64,000 nt of DNA, from contig OX597836.1 in NCBI GenBank assembly GCA_951406725.2, positions 4,588,001 through 4,652,000 on the forward strand. Direction: 5' to 3'. Positions 51,748 to 64,000 of this stretch are shown piece after piece. This DNA comes from Octopus vulgaris (Eukaryota). The stretch's first letter is position 1, and every line of letters begins with the position of its first letter. The notes beneath the pieces are model-generated. The model was not told the origin of the DNA. It saw only the letters and a list, made by a program, of their open reading frames with translations, and made no database searches. Made by a program: the position numbers and the translations under genes.

Positions 51748-52991
51748 GCATGTGTTATTCAGTTTATTAACTTCTAGTCATTTGTGGTATGTATATAATT
51801 TCCTTTTTCTTTCTTTTCTTATGCCATTATCGTTCTGTCTTTACTGAATCTATTTTCTGTATCTTGCAATATTTACAATTTTCGTCAGTGGTTGCATATT
51901 GCATCATGGTATCGGTATAAACAGGTGAACTCATGAGATAGAGAGATGGATGCGAAATTTAGCTTGATACAACTTCGACCAATTAACTTAGACAAAAATA
52001 CATCTTTTTGTGGAGCTTCAAATTTAAAATGGAGACGAAAAAATGTACCTCCATTAACGTCATTTGATTTCACTTTTTAGTCAATATGTCAATGAAGATT
52101 GAATGTAAATTGGTCCTAAGTTCAAATAGAGAATGCACTGAAAACGTTTTTGCATCATTAGCGCCACTCAGTGCCGTATATTTTATGGAAGGTTTCAAAA
52201 GTAAGAGAGAAAATATATAATGACATGAAAATTCCGAAAGCCTTGATTTTGCATGACAAAGTGGTAGACAATCTTTCCTTTGAGGCTTTTTGTGATTTAA
52301 ATACACCAAACAAGGGTGAAAATTTGCATTAATGAGAGTTGAAGGAAATTTAATTGGCAATCTTGATTGGAGTGTAACTCGTCATTATTGACAATTGCTG
52401 CAAGCAATTGTCTTATTAGAAGTGCTCACGCAACATAGTCAACTCACTTAGCCAGAAAGAGGTCATTAATATTGACAGAAATATTGCAAAATAGCCGCAA
52501 AGTAAAACAAAAACACTATCTCTGTTATCGCTACTGCCACGTCTTCCATCATCACCAGCGCCCTCACTGCAGTCAACAGAACGAAAACAGCAATTCATTC
52601 GCTGACGTCGACATTGGTGCTTTCGACATTGGTTAATTCCAAGTTAAGGATGAAGTAGGAAAAAACGTCATCACAGAATGTTTCCTCTCTACGGAATCAC
52701 TGAACGAATGTATGAGATTGAACATGGTATAATTAATATATTCGACGAAAAATACATCGAAATGAGATTTCCAGCCTACCAACAGAAAAATGGAAGCTCT
52801 GCTAGTGTAAAGCAACATGGTTGCCCCATTTTCCACGCTGGTGCATATGAAAAACGGCATTTTCTTTTTAAACCTAAAGATATGTAGATTTTTATATATT
52901 GTATTTCCACTTTCATTCTCTTATTTCTTTCTCTCTATATTCCCTATCTCCTCCTCTTCCATAATAATAAACTCCAATATCTTCTCCCACC

Positions 52992-53039
52992 GTCTCTGAT
53001 GAAGGAATATCCATAATATCCCAGAAACAACTGTAAGAC
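52992..53039 (+). ncRNA. Type I hammerhead ribozyme in a short element ending at (TA)n (53101)
   Basis: GTCT-CTGATGA-AGGAATAT(CCATA)ATATCCCA-GAAA-CAACTG-TA-AGAC: stem I GTCT/AGAC, canonical core, stem III ACA/TGT, GUA cleavage triplet. Confidence 0.8.
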
Positions 53040-53098
53040 TATTTTATTATAAATGTCCTGAAAACTCCCCAAACACTTGGCTTTGTTTTCTCATTCTC

Positions 53099-53136
<38 letters not shown>

Positions 53137-53387
53137 GCATATATGCACACACACACGTATGTATATGTATAACTGTAATATCCAGGTATCGAGGTGTAAG
53201 AAGAAAGTTGTCTTTAATCAAATCAAGATATCCTTGGCCTGAATAGTAGCCGGCAGTATACATCGCACTTGGATGCTACCACTTCTGAAGTTCCACTCGC
53301 AATGAAACCTATGTAGCTCGAATCTCCCATGCTCCATTCCGTAACTCTTCTCTCTCTCTCTCTCCCCTCTCTCTCTCCCCCCTCTCT

Positions 53388-53471
<84 letters not shown>

Positions 53472-54877
53472 TTATGCTTTATATAACAAGATTGGAGGTG
53501 TGTTTCCACACAGGAAAAATAGAGGAAAATTTGTTAAAAATGCACCTAAATTTGAAAAACGTGTGATTGTTTTTAAATAGATTTAGCATACCAAACTACA
53601 TTCAACAATATTTTTTCTTTATCAATGGTAAAAATTTAAAATTATGAATTAGATAAACATGTTGAAAAGTTTCAACGTTTACAAATTTCAATAACATCAA
53701 ACATGATCAAAATGTTCATAATATTCGATAATATAAAAGATGTGGATCATCTTGTTTAAATTCACAAAATTCAATAATCGATGAGAAATGTGGATCAACA
53801 AAGGTTTGATGGTATTGAGTTAAGAGGGAAAAAACAAGGGTGAAATGAGGACAGTAAAAAAAAGGGTTTTGGTTACAGTTCTTGTGTTTCTTTGTCCGTC
53901 ATGTGCGGGAACTTCCGCTTGTAATGGCGTTTTTTGGAATCCGGTGTATTAATGATTTTTTTTTCCGTGAACGGATCTGACATTTGACTCATTAAAGTAC
54001 TGGTGGCGTCTTATTTTTCTGGTGGTCAAGTTTGTCGTTCTGCTTGGTTGGCCTCCCTATGGGGAACAGCCATCAGCTGTTCCAGTTGGTTGATTCTCAT
54101 AAAGAGTCATTTCGTTGTATTTCATCGGTGCAGATCAATGAAATTTTACCTCAGATCAAGACCGAACTTCAGCAATTACAACAAAATGACCCTTTAAGAG
54201 ATCCAGCTGAGTGGACCGGAGCAGCTTGAAATAAGGTGTCTTCCAGTCGTAGCACTGCCACAGACTAAATCTTTAGTACAACACCGCATCGTATAATTCA
54301 CTTATTTATCTCTCACAAACCTTTCTTCTTTCCTTTTATTCAACATGGCCATTGTTGACAATAAAATATAGTTTAACACTAATTGACTATTTTACGACGT
54401 AAAAAATAAACACAGAGAATATTTAAAAATTCTGTATACCAGTTCATAATTCAATTATTTTTGTGGACTTCAGTTATGTAAATCAAAATACATTTTTTTT
54501 TTGGTTGTTTTTCTTGCTTCTTTTTCCCAAACCTTTCGATTATTTTATTGTTTATTCAAGTTCCACAAGCCTGTCATTATATCCGTCCTCTCATCTCCAG
54601 TCTCTCACTCTTTTTTTCCTTTCTTTGTTGTTAGCTTTTGTGTCACGTTCCGTTTGTTACATTATTTTTTCGTGAAAAAGAAATTATTATAACTACCTTG
54701 GTCTTTTGGTTGTTTATTTGTTTTACATACATCCATACAAACATACATACATTACACATACACACACACCTATCTATATATATAATATATAATATATATA
54801 TAAATAAATATAATAAATACTATATATAATATATATATAATATATGCGTGTGTGTTTCATATATATATATGTATATA

Positions 54878-54946
<69 letters not shown>

Positions 54947-55262
54947 GTGCATGTATGTATGTGTATATATAAATGTATATGAGTGTTTGTGCGTATGTTT
55001 ATTGTTTTTCTCAGCTGCTCTTTATTTTTTTCTTTGAAATGATTTTTTTTTATTTTGTCATTATAATTTTTTTTCCTTCACCATAACTATACATAATCAA
55101 AATAAATTTCTTCCCAAGCTAGAAAACTGACTTGGAGCTACAAATATAATCAGATTTAAACTCTCACTATATTCCTGCATACGTACACACAACAACAATA
55201 TACACACGCAAAGAAACGTTAATATGTACGACACGAACAAACATATAAACAATCCCACGTAT

Positions 55263-55317
<55 letters not shown>

Positions 55318-55393
55318 ATGTGTGTGTGTGTGTGTGTATGTATATATATATATATATGCATATATATATACATATATATATACATACATGCAT

Positions 55394-55432
<39 letters not shown>

Positions 55433-57166
55433 TATATTTATATGCTTGAGGATGTTACACACTTGCGCAGTTGACTAGAGTATTCAGGTATACACGCACA
55501 CGTAAGATTATATCATATATATTCACACGAATACATGCAAATAAAAATATATCGTATATGTGTGTATGTGTGTTTGTGGGTGTGTTTGTGTGTGTGTGTG
55601 TGTGTGTTTGTGTATACATTTATTCACAAAATCACATGTAGATACGCGAAAAAAACTCAACACACAGAATCTACAGAAGAAAATGCACACATTTGTCATA
55701 CATTCAAACTCACACGCATACATTGACATATATATACGTTGTACACATCATAATCCTGACCCATATATATATATGTATATATTGATATATTTTGATATAT
55801 ATTGATATATATTGATATATACACAGACACAAAGCCATACACATGTGGTATAGAAGCTTAAACAAACAAATAATTTATCTGCCAGATATAAATATTGTAC
55901 ACAATCTAAATGTGTGCGTCAATATCTAGAAACATATTGTTATGCACATTGAAAAGAAAACACCACCAACTGAAATAATGCATGTATATATATATACATA
56001 CATACATATATAGATACAGTCAGACATGCATGCATTCGTGCACAGAAACATGTCCGCGAGCAAGCTGTGGCAACCGTACACGTGATGGGCGATACACAGA
56101 TACATAGATAAGCACACAAACACACATTCCTCCCTTCCTATCTCGAAGTCTCTTCTACCTCCCTTTTCTCTCCTTAATTTACGTTAACTTTCTGCGTCTA
56201 TAAGAGAGTATTTACGTATGTCTGTGAAAGTGTCTATGTATATATATATATATATACATTTGCAAACATATATATTTATACATATATATACATACATACA
56301 TATATATATATGTATGTATATATATATATATATGTATGTATAAGCATACATACGCAGACACACACAGACACATACACACATAATTATACATAAGTCAAGA
56401 GAGAAAAAGGAAACAGACGAATCGAGTGCGAAGGGCAGAAACTAGCAAGGAGCCAATAAGACAGATACACTGGCTGATGAAGACATATCAGGTGTTCTAA
56501 CAATTGATCTGTGAATGCCCCTACACGTAGTGGCGTGGATGGGAGAGAGGAAAATGTAAGAGAGACAGACACTGTGTTGCAGAGAGAAATAGAGAGGCAC
56601 AGACAGATAGATATTGAGAGAAGAGAAAGAGAGGAGCATAAAGAGAAAAACCAATGCGTGATTGCTATAAATACTGCTATTCTTATACTACTAGACACGT
56701 AGACATAGTTATACTCAGTAATATGCAAACATATATTCGCGCACATACAACAAATTTTCATAAAAGTACGTACGTATATAATTTAAGAAAAACGTACAAT
56801 TTTAGATAAACAGTCCTACCTGAAAATAACGCCAAAAAATTATTAAAGGTACAACTGGAAATATTGGCAAATAATAAGTATGTTAGTGAAATAAAACAAT
56901 CTATAACAATGGCCGGCGAGAAACATTGGAAGAAGAGGAGAATAGGAAGAATGAAGGAGAAAAACTGAAATAAAGATGTACGACGAAATTTTAAGAAGAA
57001 ATATGTTGAATGAAGGAAAGAGAAATACTGATAATTGTATGCAGATATAATCAATAATGAGAACAACAAAGTAATTACACACATGCACAGGAGTACACAG
57101 GCACATGCACACGCACACAAACATACATGTATATATATATATGTGTGTGTGTGTGCGTGTGTGTGT

Positions 57167-57400
57167 GTAACGGGAAGGTTTACGAAAATAAACAAAAGAC
57201 GAAGGCAGGTGGAGTACAAACAAACAAATGTATTAGTATGGCGCTCGGGAATAGAAATAGAACAAGTCTTTTACGTTTCGAGCCTACGCTCTTCGACAGA
57301 ACGATACATAGAAAAGAAACCAGGAGAGAAACAAGGAGAGAAAAAATGCATATTGGAGCTAACGGTCTATCATGGCACAAAATACGAAGCATAATGAGGA
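57167..57400 (-). mobile_element. Short element with hammerhead-like motif (57267-57305) ending in (CA)n
   Basis: Minus strand CTGTCGA-AGAGC(GTAG)GCTC-GAAA-CG-TA-AAAGA; same layout as 47825-48240, core has A6U. Confidence 0.6.
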
Positions 57401-58391
57401 GCCTTTATTAGTACAACAATCGTTTCAACTTCATTCTTCACTTCTCCCTTGTTGGCGTGTAACAGTGTAATAACACCAGATGCAACGCTCAATGCAAAGA
57501 TCCTCGTCAGGTAACGTTACCTGTGAAACTGGTAAAGTTTTTAAAATTCTTAAATAAAATAAACTAAACGAACCGGAGTGCATTTTCAACTTCTTTTTCC
57601 TATAATCCGTATATCTACTGCGGAATAAATGGGCATTCTACCGTCGAGCTCTGAAAGGTGTTAGATTAATTTACTGCTTTTTCCAATAAAGGGACATGAG
57701 GGATCAATTAGTAAGCAAAGGCAGGGATCTAGTAGAATCGCTAGCAGGCCGGGCGAAATGCTTAGTGGTATTTCGTCTGTCACTACGTTCTGAGTTCAAA
57801 TTCCGCTGGGGTCCAATTTGTATTTTAACCATTCGCGGTCGTTAAATTGAGTATCAGTTGAGTACTGGGGCCAACGTGATTGACTGTCCCCTTTCCACAC
57901 AAAATCAATGCCTTGTATCTATAGCCTAAAGGGATTATTATAAAGAAGATGGAGAGTCGACCGAATCGTTTGGGAGTTGTGAGAAAATGCGTCGCGGTAT
58001 CCATTCCAACACGCGACCTTTTGAGTTCGAATTTCACCGACTTCGATTTTACCCCTTACCCTTTCGCGGTTGCTGCATTAATACTAGTCGAAAACTAGGG
58101 AACACTAGGGTTGATATATTTCATCTCTTGTAACAATAGTAGAAAGGATTACCACTCCTACTACTGCTGCTCCTGCTGCAGTTGCTGTCGTTCTTGTTAT
58201 TAAGCAACAAGACGGTTAAGGGTGATTAGGTGATGGTCAAGGGATTAGGGGCGGGAGACCCCAGAACTTGGAAAAAAAAACTTTGGTCGTCTTGTTGTAG
58301 TCGAGGGCTCTTCGTTGACGCCCGACACCACTGGGAGGTGGCCCTCGAAGTCGCTGGAAATGGAGATCTCCAGGTCCAAATTCTTAAACGG

Positions 58392-58397
58392 CTGCTG

Positions 58398-58438
<41 letters not shown>

Positions 58439-58469
58439 GCTACTACTACTACTACTACTATTACTGCTG

Positions 58470-58555
<86 letters not shown>

Positions 58556-58585
58556 CCTGCTGCTGTTCCTGCTGCTGTTGCTGCA
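58392..58585. repeat. (CTA)n/(CTG)n microsatellite; further tracts at 58860-59090 and 63060-63210
   Basis: Direct reading. Confidence 0.95.
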
Positions 58586-58870
58586 ACTGTTACTTCTGAA
58601 TCAATATTTCGGAAAGCTACGTTAACGGGATTATGTTATAATAAAATTGGTTTGTTACTTTATTTATTTATTTATTTATTTATTTACTTATTTATTTATT
58701 CCTTCTTTTGGCAAAAAAACATCTTCAGTTCTCTAATGTTGTTTGTCTCTCATTCAGTGTGTCATTTTGCACTCTCCTCTTTCTCCTCTCTCCTCTCTCT
58801 CTCTCTCTCTCTCATCTTTTTTCACAAGCCTTCTTTCCCTCACGTTCATTCTTATGCTTTCTACTACCTT

Positions 58871-58908
<38 letters not shown>

Positions 58909-59000
58909 TCTACTACTACTACTCTACTACTACTACTACTACTACTTCGTACTACTACTACTACTACTACTAAGATTTATCTAATTATACATCGCTGCTG

Positions 59001-59080
<80 letters not shown>

Positions 59081-59237
59081 CCTGCTGCATATATCTCTAT
59101 ATTTATATATATATATGTAATATTTCATATATGTATACACACATATGTGGGCGTGCTAATATTTGTGTGTATATGTATATACCTATGCGTGTATGCGTAT
59201 GTATATATATGCATATGCATATATCTATCTATTTATA

Positions 59238-59284
<47 letters not shown>

Positions 59285-59836
59285 ACAAGTATGTATGTAT
59301 ATGTTATATGTATGTATGTATGTATGTATATATATATATACATATATACATACATACATAGATACATACATATACGTATGTGTGTGTGAACATACGCACA
59401 TACATGCACGTGGATAATGATAAATTGTGGACATAAATACTACCGTATCACGCAAAGATCTGTGTTGTATCCATCAGCCACCGATATCCGTCCTGGATAT
59501 AAACCTTTTGTCCATCGTTGTGATCGATATTGTTGATCAATTGACAATTATATGTGGTTGCGAAAACAGAAACAGTTCATTTCTCAAAGCAATGTTTTTA
59601 CACGCTCTACATATGCATACATATATATACACACGTATATACATGCATATACATATACGTAGAATATCTACATATCCACATTGGTTGGTCACTTATAGAA
59701 CAAATAATTGTCGCTATTGACGATAGGGGAATATATTGACAGCAAGGTTACTGCAAAAGTTAAGTCGATAACATCTTGTACAATGTCAACAACTGCAATC
59801 AATATCAATGCCAAGGAACCGAGAGACAACCAGAAG

Positions 59837-61093
59837 GAGGATATCTGTTTCAGCAGTATTAACAAGGTTTTATATCAGAGAAACCGTCTATTATATGGTT
59901 GGATTAAGAAAGTGTTATACGTGTTTCACTCACACTGGACATAAAGGTTCTAACTCCTTGCATTATTGTTTGAGAGCCGTTTCATTAATGAATGTGGGAG
60001 ACAAAATGCAGTCGGTTTGTTGGTGTGTTGTTAACATGAGAAGACAGGCTTGGTTGTGTGGTAAGACACTTGCTCCCCAACCACATGGTTCCGGGTTCGC
60101 CCTAATGCGAGTGTCTTCTGGTGTAGTTGCGGGCTGATCAGAGGAATGTCAGTGGATTTGGTAGACAAAATCTGAAGGGAGCTTGTTGACTCTACGCTGC
60201 TTTCATCCATCATTTGATGGACACTGTGTTTACTCTTCATGTTTTGCAGTACCCATGCTCGGCATCTTAGGTTGTTGAGGCCGTAGACTTCGATGCTGGA
60301 AACATTATCATACCACATGACGTACAGAATTACAAGGTGTCAGGAAAATCACAAGGAACTCATGCGCACACACAATCTGAACTCGGAACGTAAAAACAGA
60401 CGAAATACCTATTTCTTTACTACCCACAAGGGGCTAAACACAGAAAGGACAAACAAGGACGAGGATATCTGTTTCAGCAGTGTTAACAAGGTTTTATATC
60501 AGAGAAACCGTCTATTATATGGTTGGATTAAGAAAGTGTTATACGTGTTTCACTCACACTGGACATAAAGGTTCTAACTCCTTGCATTATTGTTTGAGAG
60601 CCGTTTCATTAATGAATGTGGGAGACAAAATGCAGTCGGTTTGTTGGTGTGTTTGTTAACATGAGAAGACAGGCTTGGTTGTGTGGTAAGACACTTGCTC
60701 CCCAACCACATGGTTCCGGGTTCGCCCTAATGCGAGTGTCTTCTGGTATAGTTGCGGGCTGATCAGAGGAATGTCAGTGGATTTGGTAGACAAAATCTGA
60801 AGGGAGCTTGTTGACTCTACGCTGCTTTCATCCATCATTTGATGGACACTATGTTTACTCTTCATGTTTTGCAGTACCCATGCTCGGCATCTTAGGTTGT
60901 TGAGGCCGTAGACTTTGATGCTGGAAACATTATCATACCACATGACGTACAGAATTACAAGGTGTCAGGAAAATCACAAGGAACTCATACGTACATGCGC
61001 ACACACAATCTGAACTCGGAACGTAAAAACAGACGAAATACCTATTTCTTTACTACCCACAAGGGGCTAAACACAGAAAGGACAAACAAGGAC
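59837..61093 (+). repeat. Tandem direct duplication of a ~625-bp unit
   Basis: GAGGATATCTGTTTCAGCAGT... starts at 59837 and again at 60461; the two copies differ at only a few positions. Confidence 0.95.
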
Positions 61094-61381
61094 AGACGAA
61101 CGGATTACGTTGATTATATCGACCCCAGTGTGTAACTGGTTAACGATTCTGCCATCTCACCAACTTATGAAGATAAGCATATTATAAGAAACGTACGCTC
61201 GCTTCAGCGTACATACAGACATACCATAAGACTTACCTATATACAGGCCTACATACCTGCTCATATTGACAGTTTTTTTTGCAGACGAAGAAAATCACGA
61301 GCTAACGATTACTGATCGAATACAATCAGATAAAGAAACGTAGTGCTTGGTTCATGGGGCAAGCGTTTTCCTAAATATTTA

Positions 61382-61712
61382 ACATGGCTCAGTGGTTAGA
61401 GCGTTGAGCTTACGATCGTGAGGTTTTGAGCTCGAATCTCGGACCGGGCTGCGTGTTGTGTTCTTGAGCAAGACACTTTATTTCACGTTGCTCCAGTTCG
61501 CTCAGCTGTAGAAATGAGTTGCGACGTCACAGGTGACAAGCTGTATCGGCCCCTTTGCCATTCCCTTGGATAACACTGGTGACGTGGAGAGGGGAGGCCG
61601 GTATGCATGGGCGACTGCTGGTCTTCCATAAACAACCTTGCCCAGACTTGTAACTAGGAGGGTAACTTTCTAGGTGCAATCCCATGGTCAGTGTCGTGAC
61701 CGAAGGGGGTCC
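61382..61712 (+). mobile_element. tRNA-derived SINE, family D
   Basis: CATGGCTCAGTGGTTAGAGCG...GCTCGAATCTCGG head followed by TTGAGCAAGACACTT. Confidence 0.8.
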
Positions 61713-61948
61713 CCGATCCCCCGAACTTCTTTTGTATTCTTGTCTCTTTCTCTTTGTTTTATCTTTCACTCGTTTCAGTCATTAGACTTGATTGAATCTA
61801 CACCAGATTTTTTTCTCTCCCTTTCTAAGCCTGGTACTTATTTTATCGTTCTGCTTGGCCGAACTGCTACGTTACGTACACAACTTCGCACCAACTGTCA
61901 AACGGTGATGGCGGACAAACATATACCCAAACACACACAGGTAGCCAT

Positions 61949-61988
<40 letters not shown>

Positions 61989-62617
61989 TGTACACTCACA
62001 CACACACACACATACTATATGCGACAAGCTTCCTTCAGATTTTATCTACCAAATCCACTGACATTCCTCTGGTCAGCCCGCAACTATAACAGAAGACACT
62101 CGCACTAGGGCGAACTCGGAACCATGTGGTTGGGGAGCAAGTGTCTTACCACACAACGAAACCTGTCTTCTCACGTTAACAACACACCAACAAACCGACT
62201 GTATTTAGCCTCCCACATTCGTTAAACTAATTATTCTTAAAATTCAGATGTCTGAAAGTCATGGACCGAGTTTTACTGTATATGTGCCAACAATAAAACA
62301 AACAAAAAAAACCCAAAATGTGTGAAATTTAGCAGTTAAAGTATTTCGGAATGTAAGTGAGAATGAATCGTTGATACGAGAGTGGAAAATAAAAATGAAA
62401 AACAGAACAATTAGAACCGATTAATTAGCCAAATGTAGAGACACTAAAAAGACAAGAATCGAGTTAAAACAATCCAAATATCCGTTGCTGATATCAATTC
62501 TTTAGACGACATTTCAATTCTCTCAATCGCGAAAGTGTATATAGCGCGTGAGAATGTATGTCTGCGTGTGTCTGTGCGTGCGGACATCCATCCATCCATC
62601 CATCCATCCATCTATCC

Positions 62618-62723
<106 letters not shown>

Positions 62724-63138
62724 ATGTATAAATATATATATATATATTTACGCATATACATGTGTATACACATATATGTTTATATACATATATATACGCA
62801 CATATGCGTGTATATATATATATATATATATACATATACAAGCACATTTTTTATAATATTTTTGAAGACTTTCCGTTATATCAACTATGTAACATCTGCA
62901 TGGCTTAATGCGCGTATGTGCGAACAATTGCGCACCATTGCGTGTATACGTGCGACAGTGTATACGTCCGCGAGTTCTTGCGTTACTTCTGTCTAAAAAT
63001 CTTGTTTATATCGCATCCTGTCTGATCAACAGACATTAGCTGCCGTTAGTGCGTTAGCAACTACTACTACTACTACTATTGCTACTGCTGCTGCTGCTGC
63101 CAGTGCTACGACTGCTACTACTACTACTACTACTACTG

Positions 63139-63170
<32 letters not shown>

Positions 63171-63291
63171 GCTACTACTACTGCTACTGTTACTCTTACT
63201 ACTACTACTTCTAGTTTTATCATTATTACGATTGTTATGATTATAATTATAATTATTATTGTTATTATCAACCTCGTCACCATCATCAGTT

Positions 63292-63361
<70 letters not shown>

Positions 63362-63374
63362 CATTATTATTATA

Positions 63375-63412
<38 letters not shown>

Positions 63413-63486
63413 CATTATTATTATTATTATTATTATTATCATTATTATTATTATTATTATCATTATTATTATTATTATTATTATTA

Positions 63487-63517
<31 letters not shown>

Positions 63518-63579
63518 CATTATTATTATTATTATTATCATTATTATTATTATTATTATTATCATTATTATTATTATTA

Positions 63580-63613
<34 letters not shown>

Positions 63614-63630
63614 CATTATTATTATTATTA

Positions 63631-63688
<58 letters not shown>

Positions 63689-63718
63689 CATTATTATTAT
63701 TATTATCATTATTATTAA

Positions 63719-63772
<54 letters not shown>

Positions 63773-63777
63773 CATCA

Positions 63778-63850
<73 letters not shown>

Positions 63851-64000
63851 CATTATTATTATTATTATTATCATTATTATTATTATTATTATTATTATCA
63901 TTATTATTATTATTATTATTATTATCATTATTATTATTATTATTATCATTATTATTATTATTATTATTATTATCATTATTATTATTATTATTATTATTAT
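63292..64000. repeat. Long (ATT)n microsatellite with interspersed ATC
   Basis: Direct reading; more than 700 bp, runs off the window. Confidence 0.97.

Noticed and set aside
51900-52890. Decayed coding region upstream of the 53.0 kb hammerhead
   Set aside because: Only short ORFs; no RT or GIY-YIG motif beyond a weak FKPK resemblance.
58210-58260. Telomeric TTAGGG repeat
   Set aside because: Only isolated imperfect hexamers.

Overview
AT-rich, microsatellite-saturated animal genomic DNA. The tRNA-derived SINE families and (TA)n/(CA)n density look like an octopus or other coleoid cephalopod, which is an inference from pattern recognition. Bases 1-11690 hold a head-to-tail array of at least three nearly identical 4.27-kb Penelope-like retroelements (PLEs) that ends in a (TA)n tract. 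Each unit has a 430-aa coiled-coil/basic ORF1, an overlapping RT + GIY-YIG ORF2 in the -1 frame reached through a U_UUU_UUU slippery heptamer, and a terminal region with three CCAAT boxes, a TATA-like box, a minimal type I hammerhead ribozyme (HHR) and AATAAA. The rest of the window has no recognisable intact host gene. It contains many SINEs, a Dong/R4-like REL fragment in (TAA)n, a CR1-like fragment, a piggyBac-like MITE and local direct and inverted duplications. It also has several short non-coding elements next to microsatellites that carry hammerhead motifs, including a composite of tRNA head, (AAT)n and hammerhead that looks like a PLE-mobilised SINE. Most ORFs in the supplied track are microsatellite artefacts.
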